Assembly: GCF_009914755.1 (NCBI RefSeq)
Contig: NC_060944.1
Length of the DNA: 64,000 nucleotides
Origin: the human T2T-CHM13v2.0 reference genome, Homo sapiens
Reading direction: 5' to 3' (one strand)
The notes below the pieces were generated by a model. The model was given only the letters and a program-made list of their open reading frames with translations, did no database searches and was not told the DNA's origin. Positions 1 to 14,765 of this stretch are shown in pieces. A program made the translations under genes and the position numbers. The number at the start of each line of letters is the position of its first letter. The stretch's first letter is position 1.

Positions 1-837
1 TTAAATTAAAAAACAAAAACATTCCCAGGAAACTGCAGTTCAGCTTTGAAAAAATGTTCCACCAGAGACATCTGGATGAGCCATAAGCTCTGGCCTCTCC
101 TCTTTCACTACAGCCACAGCTGAAAAAGAACCCCAAGATGGTGAAGAGGCAAAAGCTAGGGCTGAGGAAATGCAGGACAGCCGGCCGAGCCAGCCATGGC
201 ATAAAAAAGGTGAGTTATTCCCAATCGAATGACACCTCCGCCCCCACACCAAAGACTGTGCAGGTCTCTCTGGATTCAGACCAAAAATTCTGAGTCACTT
301 TTGCCACAAGGGGGAAAAAAAAAAAGGAGAAGGCAGACGTGATGTGTACCTTTCCACACTCTATTTTGGGATTTTAAGATCCAGTTTCTTTCATTTCAAA
401 GGGTGGGTTTTTGGAGGGCTCTCTGCATAACTCTTAGACTCAGCACGGCGAGACGGCGCTGAGACGGGCTCTGTCGGTGACCTGGGGAGAGGCGGGACCC
501 ACTGGCAGATCAACAAAACGCATCATTCAGGAACAAGGGGCCCGTTCTTATGTGGAGCGTATGGGGCCTGGCTTCCATAAACATGATGGAAGCCTGTGGG
601 CTGAGCCAGTCTGACTCACCTCTTCATCGGGGCCGTTCCCAAGTTCATTCACTCCTCCGTTTAGTCATTCACGCAGCAAAGTGCCTCTCAGGAAAGAAGA
701 TTAAGCTGAAGGCTGTCCTTCAGGATTATTAATACACATTCCTTTGGTGAAGAATCGGGTGCTTCTCTGGATGGATGGTAACATGTGGGATTATCATAAT
801 CCCAGAATTTAAGACATTGGAGTAAGAAACCAGTAAA

Positions 838-1070
838 TCAGGATTTCTCAACCTTCGCACTATTGGCCAGTGTGGACTATTGATTTGGGGGCCAAATAAG
901 TCTTTCTTGTCGGGGGCTGCCCCAGGCATTGTAGGGTGTTTGTCAGCATCACTGGACTCTACCCAGTAGGTAGCAGCAGCCACCCTTTTCCCAACTGTGA
1001 TGCACAAAAAAGTCTCTGGACATTGCTAAATGTCCCCTGGGACACGAAATCACTCCTATTGAGAAACATT
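838..1070 (+). mobile_element. MER20 (hAT-Charlie) relic
   Basis: tttctcaacctt...gtctctggacattgctaaatgtcccctgg...ttgagaaac resembles the MER20 consensus. Confidence 0.75.
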
Positions 1071-1364
1071 CTTAAATTAAGCTAACATTTATGAGGAGGG
1101 GAAACAGAAAATCTGCACTGAAACCCTATCCCTTGTCCATCAGAAAGTGTTGTTCAACGGGACCTTCAAGAAACACCCCAGATCCTCCCACTTTTCACGT
1201 TCTCATCAACCTCCCTGGGTCCCAGCACTGCCATCTCTCACCTGGACCCCTGCATCCAGCCTCTCGCTAATTTCTGCCTTGTCCCTTGTCCCTATCCTGA
1301 ATAGAATCTCCACAAGCAGCCAGAGGGATCTTTTAAAAGCAAATGAGATCCTATCACTTCCCTA

Positions 1365-2012
<648 letters not shown>

Positions 2013-2629
2013 GAAGGACTCATCAGCCCATCAGCATCACATCAAGTCCCCCACTCCTTCATTCAACTTCTTCTCAACTGCATTGCAAAGACAGTAAGAC
2101 AACCATGTCTAGGCGGCTTCTGGTTAAACAAACTCAAGGTACAAATGGCACATGGATACGTGCACCGGCCTGCTTTACCAAAGGCTTCAAAAACAATGAT
2201 TTCTCTGAAAAGCCAGTGCCAAAAGAGAATCTGAAAGAAACTGCCATGTACAAAGAGTCAGATGATTCAACTGCTCAGAAACATACCAAGTAATGACACC
2301 CAAGTCAGTCTGCAAATGTTCTCATCCTCTTACTCACAATCCAAAAGAACGTCTAGAAAGGTATTCCCAAGAGGAGAGGTGAAGTGGGGAAAGACGACTG
2401 TCTGACACACGCAGGAATGACGATGGTCCTCACTAGAAATAAAATTGCTGCTTACTTTCTGTCTGGTTTCCGAATTGCTTTTTCCTGGTTAAAAGGTGCC
2501 AGGCCTGGCAGCTTTCTAAACATTTAAAATTCAATTCAAGTCAACAAATATTTGTTAAGTTCTGCCTATTCACAAAAAGGGCCATGCTGGGGAAAACTGG
2601 ATAATAGGGAGATGCTATAATTAATCATA

Positions 2630-2890
2630 ATAACAACAACAATGACAGCTAATAATGTATTGCGTGCTTGCTAAATACGGGGCATTGTGATGTATGATAT
2701 CTATCAATCTTCACTATGATATCTATCAATCTTCACTGCAACGCTATGAGAGAGGTATTATAATTTTAAACAAGAGGGAACTGAGGCTCAGAGAAATTAG
2801 TTTGTTCAAGGTCATGCAGCTAAGAAGAGAGAAGCCAGGATTCCAACACGGCAGGTCTACCTCCAAGACCCATTCTCTTGACAACTATAC
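2630..2890 (-). mobile_element. MIR
   Basis: Core sequence gggaactgaggctcagagaaattagtttgttcaaggtcatgcagct. Confidence 0.7.
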
Positions 2891-3177
2891 GATCTTCTGT
2901 TCCTGTAGTCTCTAAAGAGGGAAGAATACACAGCCACAAATGGACACACCACTGTTCCCCAACCTCAGTCATTTTCCAGCCTTATTCCTGATCTTCTACT
3001 GGACTGTTGGTTACTGAATCTCTCCACAATTTAAATTCATATCTTTACTTACAGAAATTTATCTTGAAAGAAACTTTATGTTGCTGCCATAAATAGGAAA
3101 CCAGGATCACCAGCAGGAAATCAAATGTGTGCATAAATACACAATGAAATAAAGGTGCCATTAAAATAATTATAGCA

Positions 3178-3295
3178 GCTACACACGGTGGCACATGCCT
3201 GTAGTCCCAGCTACTTGGGAGAGTGAGACAGGAAGGTTATTTGAGCCCGGGAGTTTGAGACCAGCTTGGGTAACATAAAAAAAAATTTAAAAATA
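3178..3295 (+). mobile_element. Alu monomer (FLAM-like)
   Basis: Single Alu arm followed by an A tail. Confidence 0.8.
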
Positions 3296-3929
3296 AAATA
3301 ATTATAAATGTTAAAAATGCTGACTAAGTAACACAACATTAATCAACATGCTCCTTTCCCAGGGAACCATGGTTTGCAGAGCACAGGACTGGCATTCAAA
3401 GTACAGCAGAGGAGGTGCTGAAGCACTGGGTTTGGGGAGCCCCAAGATGGGAAGCCACCATCTCCAAAGCCAGTAGATCATCAAGGGATGATTAAGAAAA
3501 CCACCCAGGTCAGTGCCCAGACACAAGAGGTGCTCAGCAAACCTCTGCAAAAGGACCCAAGGAGGTCTGCTAAGGACTCTTTACCAGGAGAGAAAAAGTA
3601 CCACTGCCTGCCCACAAGCTAGGAGAACGTCCTGTATTCAGAGAGAGGACTAGAAAAGGAAAATCATCTCCTGGCTCCAGGGCACAAATTTTTAACCTTT
3701 TTTTGCACCAATGACCCCTTCTGCAGCTTGGTGAAGCCATGGCCCTATCTCTGAGTGATTCTTCCACATGCATAAAATGGACAAGGTTAAAAAAAAAAAA
3801 GAAGAGGGAAATCAACCAATGTATAAAAATGTAATGTATTTTCCCAAAACTAAAAAGTGGCATTCGTTCAGGTAGCCCGTCTGTCTGTCTTCCTTGCTCT
3901 GGGTTTGCATGCGCTGTGCCTGTGAGGTA

Positions 3930-4238
3930 TGCAATGGTAGACCAGGAAATATTCAACGACCAGTTCTCCAAGACAGAAAGCTTGCTTTGCAGTGTTTGCC
4001 CATTTCCACGGTGTCAACACTCCCACAGTGGCTGATTTCCAGCTCCCGGTGTGACGATACTGTATATGGAGCTGGGAGGAGAAGTGCAGCGGCACCATTA
4101 CGTGCTACCTCCGCCATGTGGATACACGGATGCCTATGACCTCAGGCACATAGGTCAGAACAACATGTAACAGAGTTCCTGGAACTTTAAAAATCAGCTC
4201 TCACAAGGCCACGAAAACGGGCTCCAGGACACTCCTGG
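3930..4238 (-). mobile_element. hAT-Blackjack relic (MER63-like)
   Basis: Terminus tttaaaaatcagctctcacaaggcc...ggctccaggacactcctg resembles MER63. Confidence 0.5.
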
Positions 4239-4365
4239 GCACCCATAGGTCTCTGTGTGCATCTGTTTAGGTGCATAACTACTCAGATTGCAGTCTGCCC
4301 ATCTCTTACTCTCTTCTCCCATTGATTTTCACATCTGCTCGTTGAGAACAGCCCCACCCCCACCA

Positions 4366-4368
4366 ACA

Positions 4369-4416
<48 letters not shown>
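4366..4416. repeat. (CA)n microsatellite
   Basis: About 25 CA units with one interruption. Confidence 0.97.
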
Positions 4417-4419
<3 letters not shown>

Positions 4420-4479
4420 CTTGCCCCAGCCCTACTCCCTGTGAAAGCTTATGAGGACCCTGCTATGGTCTGGCCTGCA

Positions 4480-5420
4480 CACACATACCCCCAGCCCCGC
4501 GCCCCCGGAGTGCCATGAACACCCCTTGTTCACTGGCCCGGGCTCCCCTTAGATCTGGAGAAAGCCGCATCCCTGCACATCCCAGAAATGCGCAAATCCT
4601 ACAAACCAAATCACCTCGGCCCCAAGGCTCCTAGAGCCTTCTCGCCCCAGCAGGAGGGAGAGCCTCATCTTTAAATCCCATCACACACATCTTCCTGTCT
4701 AGACGAGGTCCCTGGCTGCCAGGGCCTCAGAGTGAATGGATTCACAGCCTCCACCCGCTGGCACCACCGAGCCCCGCCGCACCCCGCCGCTATTCTCAGG
4801 ACGACCTGGGCAGCCCCCCAGCTTCTAGAAAAGACACAGAGGAGACTGCGCAATCAACAGGCAGGAGTGTGCGTGAGTGCGGCATGACATGGGCACGCCA
4901 CCCCAGAGAAGTGGGCGCCTGCCGCGCTAAACGTCATCCATCATCCTTTCGCTGAAAAGTTGGAAAACAAACAACAAAAACCCCGCCCAGCCTCATTTAA
5001 TGCGAACCAAACACAAAAGCCACAGGGGAAAGCTTTTCCTCTCTGTGCTTCCCTTTTCCGGCCGAGGAACACCACCAGCCAAGATAAGGGGACTGTGCGG
5101 GGCCCTCTGCGCGGCTTCAAAGGGCTGGCACCCGCCCGGGCCCGCTCCCACTCCCACTGGCTAATGGGCTCCCCGCTCCAGCCCTTGGGGAGCAGGAGGC
5201 GGCCGGGGCTCCATGCCAGGCGACTTGGAAGAGGTTTAAGGCTCACGCCACACAAGGGAGGAAGCTCGGCCTGTCAAGAGGCGTGATAAAGCAGCCCCTT
5301 ATCGCAGTTTTCCTTTCAACTGCCTCCAAGTGAGCGCCGGCCGGGGCTGGGCCTGTCAAGGCCAAGCGTGTTCCTTTCATGTCGCCCTGGGTTCCTCGGT
5401 CAGCGACGTATCCACGGGCT
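4480..5420. promoter_or_regulatory. Intragenic CpG-rich element in intron 3 (candidate enhancer or alternative promoter)
   Basis: Local CpG enrichment in unique DNA with Sp1, CRE half-site, GATA and GGAAA motifs. Confidence 0.55.
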
Positions 5421-7378
5421 CATGGAACTGTAGCGTCAGCATTGGAGTTTGCAGCTTGGGGCCAGAGGCTCCAGGAGGATGCGATCGTGTGCCTCCCAGC
5501 CTGGGCCTCTGGTGAACCATGTGGCATCTGCAAATCCACTAGAACCATCTGGGTCCCAGTTTTGCCATCAGGAAACCAGGAGAAGAAGATTCCAGAGCAG
5601 TGGGGTCCAACAGTTTAGACTGGGGGCTAGGGAGTCGGCAGACACAAGCTCAAGTCCCAACTGCTGAACTCGCTGGCTGTGGACCTTGGGCAGGTCACTC
5701 TGACTCTTTGACACATGTGTCACATAGAAAAAAGCACTTGTACATTTCATAGAGTTGCCAGGACCCAATGAATTGGTATAAGCACAGCTCTTAGAACCAG
5801 TGGCGACACATAGTAAGCGCTCAGTAAACGCTGGCCTTCATCTTGTTGTAATTCTTGTCGTTTTCTCATGGGGCTGTTATGGGCATAGAATGGGGATTGG
5901 CGACGTCACATTGCAACTGAGTGATGTGAAATTGACAACATGCTAGAGAAATGATTTTGATCTTCTAGGCACCTCCCATTTACAGAGGGAATGTCCCAGA
6001 CTGACACAGTGAATCTACGATAAAAGAAAGCCTCTCATTACTTGAGCACCTTTCCACCCCGACTATGAGTCTCACTCACCGGGGCCCTGGATTCAGATAG
6101 CAGCTCCATCTGAGGCCCCTCGAATGCAGCAGACACTGGTTCAACGTCACCGCAGGGAAACCCCACTGGGCCTATTCCCTGAGAGGCGGGGCATGCTGAG
6201 AGACAGGAACAGAGTCGATCACATTGAGAGCAGCTTGGTCCCTGTCCAATCCTCTCATCAGTGGCAACCTCAGCACCATGTCCCCAGAGAGCTGCTCCCC
6301 ACTGTGATGGGCATCAAACGCTTAGCAAAGAGCCAGCCCGGAACGTGACACCCTTGACCATCAGCCTGCTCAGAACCAACCAAGTCTCAGATCCGAGACT
6401 GGTTGGGGCTGCGGAAAGCTGGCCACACCTCTGAGCCCTCACCTCTGCAAAGGGGAAAATAACAGATGCCCATCCCATGCCCCATGAGCTGTGGCAAAGA
6501 TTAGACGATATAATGGGGACAGTGCCTGGCAAAGAGTGGGTGCTCAGTGAGCGTCAACAGTTACCATCATCGCCACCATCGTCACCCATTTCAGACCTTC
6601 CTCCAAGCCATCTCAGGCAGCTCGGTCACCGTTACTTTGCTTGGTTATGAGTCCTCTTTTGAATGTGGACATGAGGAAGGACAGGACCCCAGTGCTCCCC
6701 TCCTTCTCCACGCGGAGTGGGCACCAGGCACTGAATTTCCATGGGTTTGCTCAGAGAGGCTAAGTCAGCTGCCTAAGGTGTCCGGCACAGGGCGGGTGCC
6801 ACTGGAAATCAAAAGCAAATCTGGCGGCTTCCCTGGCTGGTGGCTTTTCTGCTACACCTGCTCCTCCTATTTCCTCTTTGTTTAAACATTTTTATTTTAC
6901 TTTCAAGTGGAAATGCGGCACACGTCAGTAATTCCCTCACACTTCGCTCTTGAGGGGCTCCCCACTCCTCACCTTTATTTAAGGCCCCAAGGCCCTTTTC
7001 TTCTGCTACTACTACGTGCAGGTCTTTGTGCACAGAGTCAGCATCCTACCCTTGCCCAGAGCTGAACACGGCTCCATCCTGAATCCTAGGGCTGAGAACC
7101 CACGCGCCTTGAGGGACTGGCACTTGGCTTCCATAAACAAGGCCGCGGCTCAGTCATCTCACAGCATGGGAGAGGTTCTCACCTCCCGTGGCAGAGAGGT
7201 GACAGGCTGAGAAGCCACAGTTTGCCAGGAAGAACTTTTTGATGAAACAGGAAATGAAGTTTGTCGTAAGAGGGGAAAGCTCAACTCTGACTTCTTAAGG
7301 ATTATTGAATCCCCGGTAAAACCCTGGGCTCCAGCTCTGAGGTCCTCTGTCCACTGAGAAAAGCCACTACCAAGGTGA

Positions 7379-7901
<523 letters not shown>

Positions 7902-10900
7902 TAAAAAGACTTGTGTGACCGCATATTCACCTCAAAGAGAACACAGCTTCTCCATAATTTAAAGGGGTGAGGGGGACACATTCCATCGTAAATGCCCAAG
8001 AGAGAACTTGTTGATGTGTGAGTACAGACAGATCATCTGTCCTCTCTGGGGAACTGTCTTATCCAGTTCTGAACCTGGGTTTTCTTTGATGACAGAAGGC
8101 AAATAAATTCTACAGCACTCATTTTTAGCAAGCATGGAGTTTGCCGGGACCAAGGAAAATTGACTCACTCCCTCTTACAAATTCGTGGAGTTCAATTTTG
8201 TCACTTTCTGTGTTTGAAGCCAATAGTAAACACCCACATGCACACCCCCAGGTGTAAGAGAGCTCACGTCCCATGCACTGGCTGGGTCTACATGCCACCA
8301 TGCCATCTGAAGGGGACTCTAACTCACACCTCAATCATCCCTCCTCTGTCCCTGTGGGAAACCTGTGGATCAGAGCGGACTCCCATTTTTCCCAGGAGGA
8401 GGATGCTAAAGTAGGAAGGTAAGGCCAGCTTTACAGTCGGGAGCATCTTTTTTATATTAAAAAGAGGCCTTGAGCAAACACTTGGACGTGAAGGTCAGCA
8501 AGATCTGGGTTTATTTTTCTAAGCATTTCCAAAGCAGGTTCCAAACCCCCACCCAGGGTCACCAACAAGATGCCCAGAGGAGCCAGGTGAGGAATGTGGG
8601 TGTGTGAACTGGGCCTAGTGGTGCTGAGACCCCATGGGGGAGGCAGATCCAGTCCAAAGGGAGGATCGAAGCGCAGCTGTTCACAACTTGCCATGCAGGA
8701 AGCCAGCCATTGTTGCCAGATCTTCTGATTGTTAGAAATCCAACTTGGTATGAGAAATTTCCTAATTTGTAAATGTTGGTTAACTAGTGTCAGCTGCTGC
8801 TTAAAGCCCTGAGCGTGTCAAATGCCATCTGTGGACAGGCTCAGGTCTTGAGCAATCAGAAACAGAGTTCCCTCACCTCTGCACACCCCTGAAGCCTGGA
8901 CCATTCTTCCTTTACATCCTGCAACCACCCCCCGCCCCCCACTCAAATGTCACCTCCTCAGGAAGCTGCCCCAGATTCCCTGAGGCAAAGTGAACCTTGT
9001 GACCCAGAGCCTCACTACCTTCTCCTTCTTTTATAGTCCTTATCTCTCTATTATAGGTCTTATCTCTATAAACAAAGAATCACTAACATTAATTGGACAC
9101 ATACTGTCAGGCCCTCTGCTTCAGTATTTATGGTAACCTCTTTTTGGGGTACTATTATCATCCTACTTTACAGGCACAGAGAAGTTAAGTAACTTGCCCA
9201 GGGTCACAAAGCCAATAAGTGGCAGAACCAGGATTCAAACCCAGGTCATCCGGCTCCATCTTTCCTGCTATTCTTTGTTCAACCAATCCCCTTGTGACCT
9301 CAATTATTTTCCCGTCTGTTTCTCCCAGCAGACTGGGCACTCCCTGAAAGCAAGAATTGATCTCATTTCTCCCTCTATCCAGAGTACACAGCTCACATTC
9401 AGCATCTGTTGACTGAATGGGCATTGCTGCCTATCCTGGCTGCCGCGACAGCCCTGGAAGGCCCCAGGCAGGGTGGCAGGGGCTAGAATCCACTCCATTC
9501 TCCGCAGCTTAATGGGGTTCTGCAGAGGGCTTCAAGTGATGCTGCAAAGCCCCACACTGAGAAATGTCACTCCCATCCTGGCCCTGAGAGGGGACAGGGG
9601 CTTGGTTACAAGCTGGGACTAGCACCCAGGTTACTAACAAGTCCCAACAAGCTTCCCAAAGTCTAACTTCTACCAAACCAGGCACCCTCCGAGGCTCTGT
9701 CTCTGCCCAAGGCAAGCGCAGCAATGTGTCTGCCTCACGACTTCAACAACTTCGGGTCCAAAGTCAAGGTGCACTTGGGCCAATCATTCTTCTCCCTCCC
9801 GCAGCAAGAAAAATAACAATCCACCAAAAGATAAATGCAAAAAGAAGATGCACGTGAGAACGAGTCCACGTGGATGTGTAAGCACTTGCTCTAGAGACAT
9901 AGTCACGGGGTTGCTTTAGGGCCAGTGCATGAACTTAATATGATCCCATTTTTGCACAAGACTTTTCTGCATTTTTCACCCCAATATTACTTGGCTGAAA
10001 CCCCCGGTCCAGCCCCAGACCACCCTTGTTCAATCCCTGCAAACAAGGCCACATTTGGGTACTCATGGCTTATTCCACGCCTCCCCCCATGATAGACGTT
10101 CGCCTGAGCCCAGCCTCTGCAGCCACCGCCTTCCACCAAAGCAGATCCTTCCCCCTCCTTTGCTCACGGAGGAGTGAGGGGGAACTGCTGAGAGGAGGGG
10201 CAGATTGGCCAGGGAGGGGGCGATTGAGAACAGGAAGAAGATGGGGTGAGATCTGAGAGGCACGCTTTGGACACAATAAACAAGCCTGCTGCCTTGTTCA
10301 GAAAGGGACCCGGGACCCCCAATCCCACCAGAGCCCTAAAAGCATTAGTTCAAAGTTAAAGTTAGATACACGCAAAGCTGCAGCCCCCGGGGGAACTCAG
10401 AGCTCAAAAACAATACTCTCTTTGACTCAAAAACCACAAGGGAACACCCACGGCATACTTCTTGATTAAAAAAGGAAAGTGAAAAATAAGGTTTTCTTTT
10501 TTTCCTTCTTAATCATCATAAAACTAACTTGTGCCTATTCCATCAAGTCACGACTTCTGTTGGCCTCAAGCGAGCCCAATTCATGTTGGCCACAGACACG
10601 AGGGGCCGGGAAGCTTGGGCATGTCCTAGTGAACTGAACCGGTCCTTCTGAATGGTTGTCATTTCCTTCCTCTGCTTCCTTTAGCACAGGAAAGCCACCA
10701 AGGAGCCGCCTACGCCAGCACATCCATCACCCAGACTCCCAGGGCACTGTTCATCTGAGAGGCCAGACACAGCGGGGCTCACCAAAGCCTCAAAGCAGCA
10801 GCAACAACCTCTCAACCGCTGTTCTTGAGATAGATGAAGTACCTACTATGTGACAGGCACTGTGCTTGGGACTGGGGATGAAGCAACGATGAAGGAGATG

Positions 10901-11013
10901 AAAGATGAATGTGTGGCAGGGGGGTGGATGAGTAGGTGGGTGAAGGGGTTGGAAGGGAGGAGGAAAGGAAGAGAGAACATATATCAGGCTATGGAAAAAA
11001 AGAAACAAACAGA

Positions 11014-11294
<281 letters not shown>

Positions 11295-11329
11295 CCTAAG
11301 TAGAAAGACAGATGATGGCAGGAGAGAAA

Positions 11330-11830
11330 GGGGATCTATTTTGGTAGGAGAATCAGGGGAAGCTGCTTTGAGGAGGTGACAATTGAGCTGACAGCTGAAT
11401 GAAGCAGAGAAAGTAGCCATGTGGATAGCTGGGAGGAGTGAAAGGCACGTGCAAAGGCCCTGAGGCAGGAGCCTACCTGGAGTGTTTGAGGAATAGCACA
11501 GAGGCCATTAGCAGGTGGGAATGGAGTGAGGGAGTGAGTGAGTGAGGAAGAGAGGCAGGCAGGGACCGGGTGACACGGCCTGGTCCACGGTGAGGAGCAC
11601 AAGGCTACTCTGCATCTATACTCCGGGAGGGGAGACACAGGAGGGCTCAGAATGGGGGTGGTGTAGACCAAGGTACACTCTGAACAGATCCTCTGGCAGC
11701 TGTGTGGGGAGCAGATGAATGAAGGGTGCAAGTGGAGGCAGGGAAACCAGTTAGGAGGCTGTCACCCAGACAAGAGATGATGCTAGCTTGGCCCCAGGTG
11801 ACAGAGGGGAGGAGGTAAGAAATGGTTGAG
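11330..11830 (-). mobile_element. L2 fragment
   Basis: Typical L2 strings such as gcaaaggccctgaggcagga and ggaggcagggaaaccagttaggaggct. Confidence 0.7.
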
Positions 11831-11955
11831 CACCCTACCCCGAGCCCAGCTCCCACACAGATGCACAGAACTGTGAGGAAGGCCAACAGGCCAACTGGAT
11901 GCCCATAAAAGATCACAAGGCAAAGAGAAGCAGATGAGAAAGAGAAAGAGATTCA

Positions 11956-12275
<320 letters not shown>

Positions 12276-13120
12276 AAATCTAAAACACTTCTGCTTCCTA
12301 CCTGTAAAAGCTTTACCTCAGGCAAGTCACATTTCTCTGGGGCTCAGTTTTTTCATTTGTAAGATAGTAGAACCCAATTCATGGGGTTACAATGGTTAAT
12401 GCAAGTCTTCTCTTAATGTCTGGCCTATTGTACATGCTCAATAAGTAATACTTTTCTAACCTCTGCCTTTAATGATCTGAGTCGTGGCTCTGCCAATTTA
12501 GTTGCTGTATTATCTTTATATTAAAATTTCATATAATCTCTCTGAACCTCTATTTGGCCACCTGAAAACTGATCATGACAGTACCTACCCTCAAGTACTC
12601 AGTATGAGATTGAATGAGACAACTTTAGTTTAGCAAAAGGTCTGGCACGTAGGAATCCCTCAATAAAATGATAACCAGAGCCCTCAGTAAAATGGTAGCT
12701 GAAACCCTCAGTAAAATGATACATGAATCAGACACACCAGTCATCCAACTAGATGATTTCTAAGTCTCCTTCTAGCTCAATTATCCCCAAACTCTTTAAA
12801 AAAAATTTTTAATAGAAAAAATGACAGCTTAACAGCTTCAAGTCCCTGAATGAATCAACCCTGGAGTTGCAAGTTAAGGCAACCCAAGTTGAAGAGACGT
12901 TGGAACTCCCACCTCAAAGTGAACAAAACTAAACATAGGCACTTCTACTTGGGTGATACCTATTACTCTGAGTCATAGAATTAAGTAAGTTTAGAGGTAG
13001 GAGGGAACTTACAGAGCCCTACCCACTCGTTTTAGGGCAGAGGCTCCTACAGCTCAGTGAGAAGTATGTGGGCTGAGGTTGCACAGCGAGGCTCAGGCAG
13101 AAGAGGAAGCCAAGAATGCT

Positions 13121-13589
13121 CCCACCCCTCCACCCTCACCCTCACCACCCCCCCCTCCACCCCCACCCTCACCACCACCCCACTCCCACCTCCACACTCA
13201 CCACCCCGCACCCCCACCCCCGCCCTCACCCTCACCACCCCCCACCACCCCCACCCTCACCACCACCCCACCTCCACCTCCACACTCACCACCCCGCACC
13301 TCTATCCCCACACTCACCACCCCCCACCACCCCCACCCTCACCCCCACCCCACCCTCACCCCCACCCCACCCTCACCCTCACCCCACCCCCACCCTCACC
13401 CCCACCCCACCCTCACCCCCACTACCCCCACCCTCACCCCACCCTCACCCTCACCCCCACCCCACCCTCACCCTCACCCCACCCTCACCCTCACCCCCAC
13501 CCCACCCCCACCCTCACCCTCACCCCCATCCTCACCCTCACCCTCACCCCCACCCCCACCCTCACCCCCACCCCCACCCTCACCCTCCC
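13121..13589. repeat. C-rich hexamer tandem repeat (CCCTCA/CCCCCA/CCA)n
   Basis: Read directly. The minus strand reads as mixed TGAGGG/TGGGGG units. Confidence 0.95.
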
Positions 13590-14547
13590 AGGCAGTCTGG
13601 TCAGTCAGAGGGTGAGAAGGAGGAACCAACAAAAGCTCCATCCAAAAGAAAGGAAAAGAATGGAGTGGGAAGTGTTTTAGACTAGCAGAAACACCTTTCT
13701 TGCTATCAGAGTTCAACACAAACACCTTAAGGGGCCAGGCAAGTAATGAAAATGAGCTGGCAACCAGTGCAAAGACTGAGGAACCAAGTTCCCAACCTAA
13801 AGACACTCAAACACAGATGGTTTTTCTCTCTTAAACCATTATACCACCAGGGCCACTCACTGCTGGCTTGTCTGGCACTTTCATGCAGCTTCACAGCAGA
13901 CAACACTTCCTCTATACCTTTGGCAGGTATGCGTCAGAACACTGTCTTAATAAACCTGCAAATGTGAATGGCACCCTCATGATACACACAGCTGTTGTGC
14001 CATGCACAGCCTGTGCAACTGTATCCAGTGACACACAGAAGATTTCCCTGGGTTATGAGTTGGGGACCTCTATCTACATTCCATGGTCTTATAAAAGGCA
14101 CTGAAATGCCACAGGGAAGCTGACATGGAAACCAAAAACCTCATTCACCATCAACACTTAACTCCTGAATCAGACTCAGCTGGCTCCAACCTCTGTACTG
14201 ATGCTCAAGGTGGACACCAAGCAAGCTTCTGCCTCAGGGCTTCAGCACTGGCTGCTCCCTTTCCTACCACGCTGGCTCCCAAGATAGCAACACAGCTTAT
14301 TCCCTCACTGCACTCAAAATTCCATTCAAACGGCACCCCTTCAGGAAGTTCTTCCCTAAATAGCATCCTCACCACTTCCCAGTCACTTTCCATCCCCCAT
14401 TCCTGCCTTATTTTTCTTCTTATAGCTTTTTTACAACCTGACAGATTGTGGAATTACTGATTTGTTATAGGTCTCCCTCCACCAGAAGCCCACCTCCATG
14501 AGAGCTCGGGATTTTATCTATTCTGTTCATTACTCTATCTCCATCTC

Positions 14548-14765
14548 CAGTCAGCAAACTTTTTCTGTAAAGGACAAGATAGGAAACATTTTAGGCTCTG
14601 CAGGCCACACATACAGTCTCTGTTGCAAGTACTCACCTCTGCTGCAGTGGTACAAAAGCAACCAGAGACAATATGCAAATACGTAGGTGTGGCTGTGTAT
14701 CAATAAAACCTTATTTCAAAAAGCAGGTGATGCGCCGAATTTGGCTGGCATAGTTTGACGACTCT
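14548..14765 (+). mobile_element. MER58A (hAT-Charlie)
   Basis: cagcaaactttttctgtaaagg...gtggctgtgtatcaataaaaccttattt resembles MER58A. Confidence 0.8.

Noticed and set aside
12657-12721. CRISPR-like repeat-spacer pattern
   Set aside because: Only three short degenerate units in eukaryotic repeat DNA, with no cas genes.
13057-13685. Three long overlapping Pro/His/Thr-rich ORFs
   Set aside because: They are translations of the stop-free hexamer repeat, antisense to NFATC2, with no gene structure.
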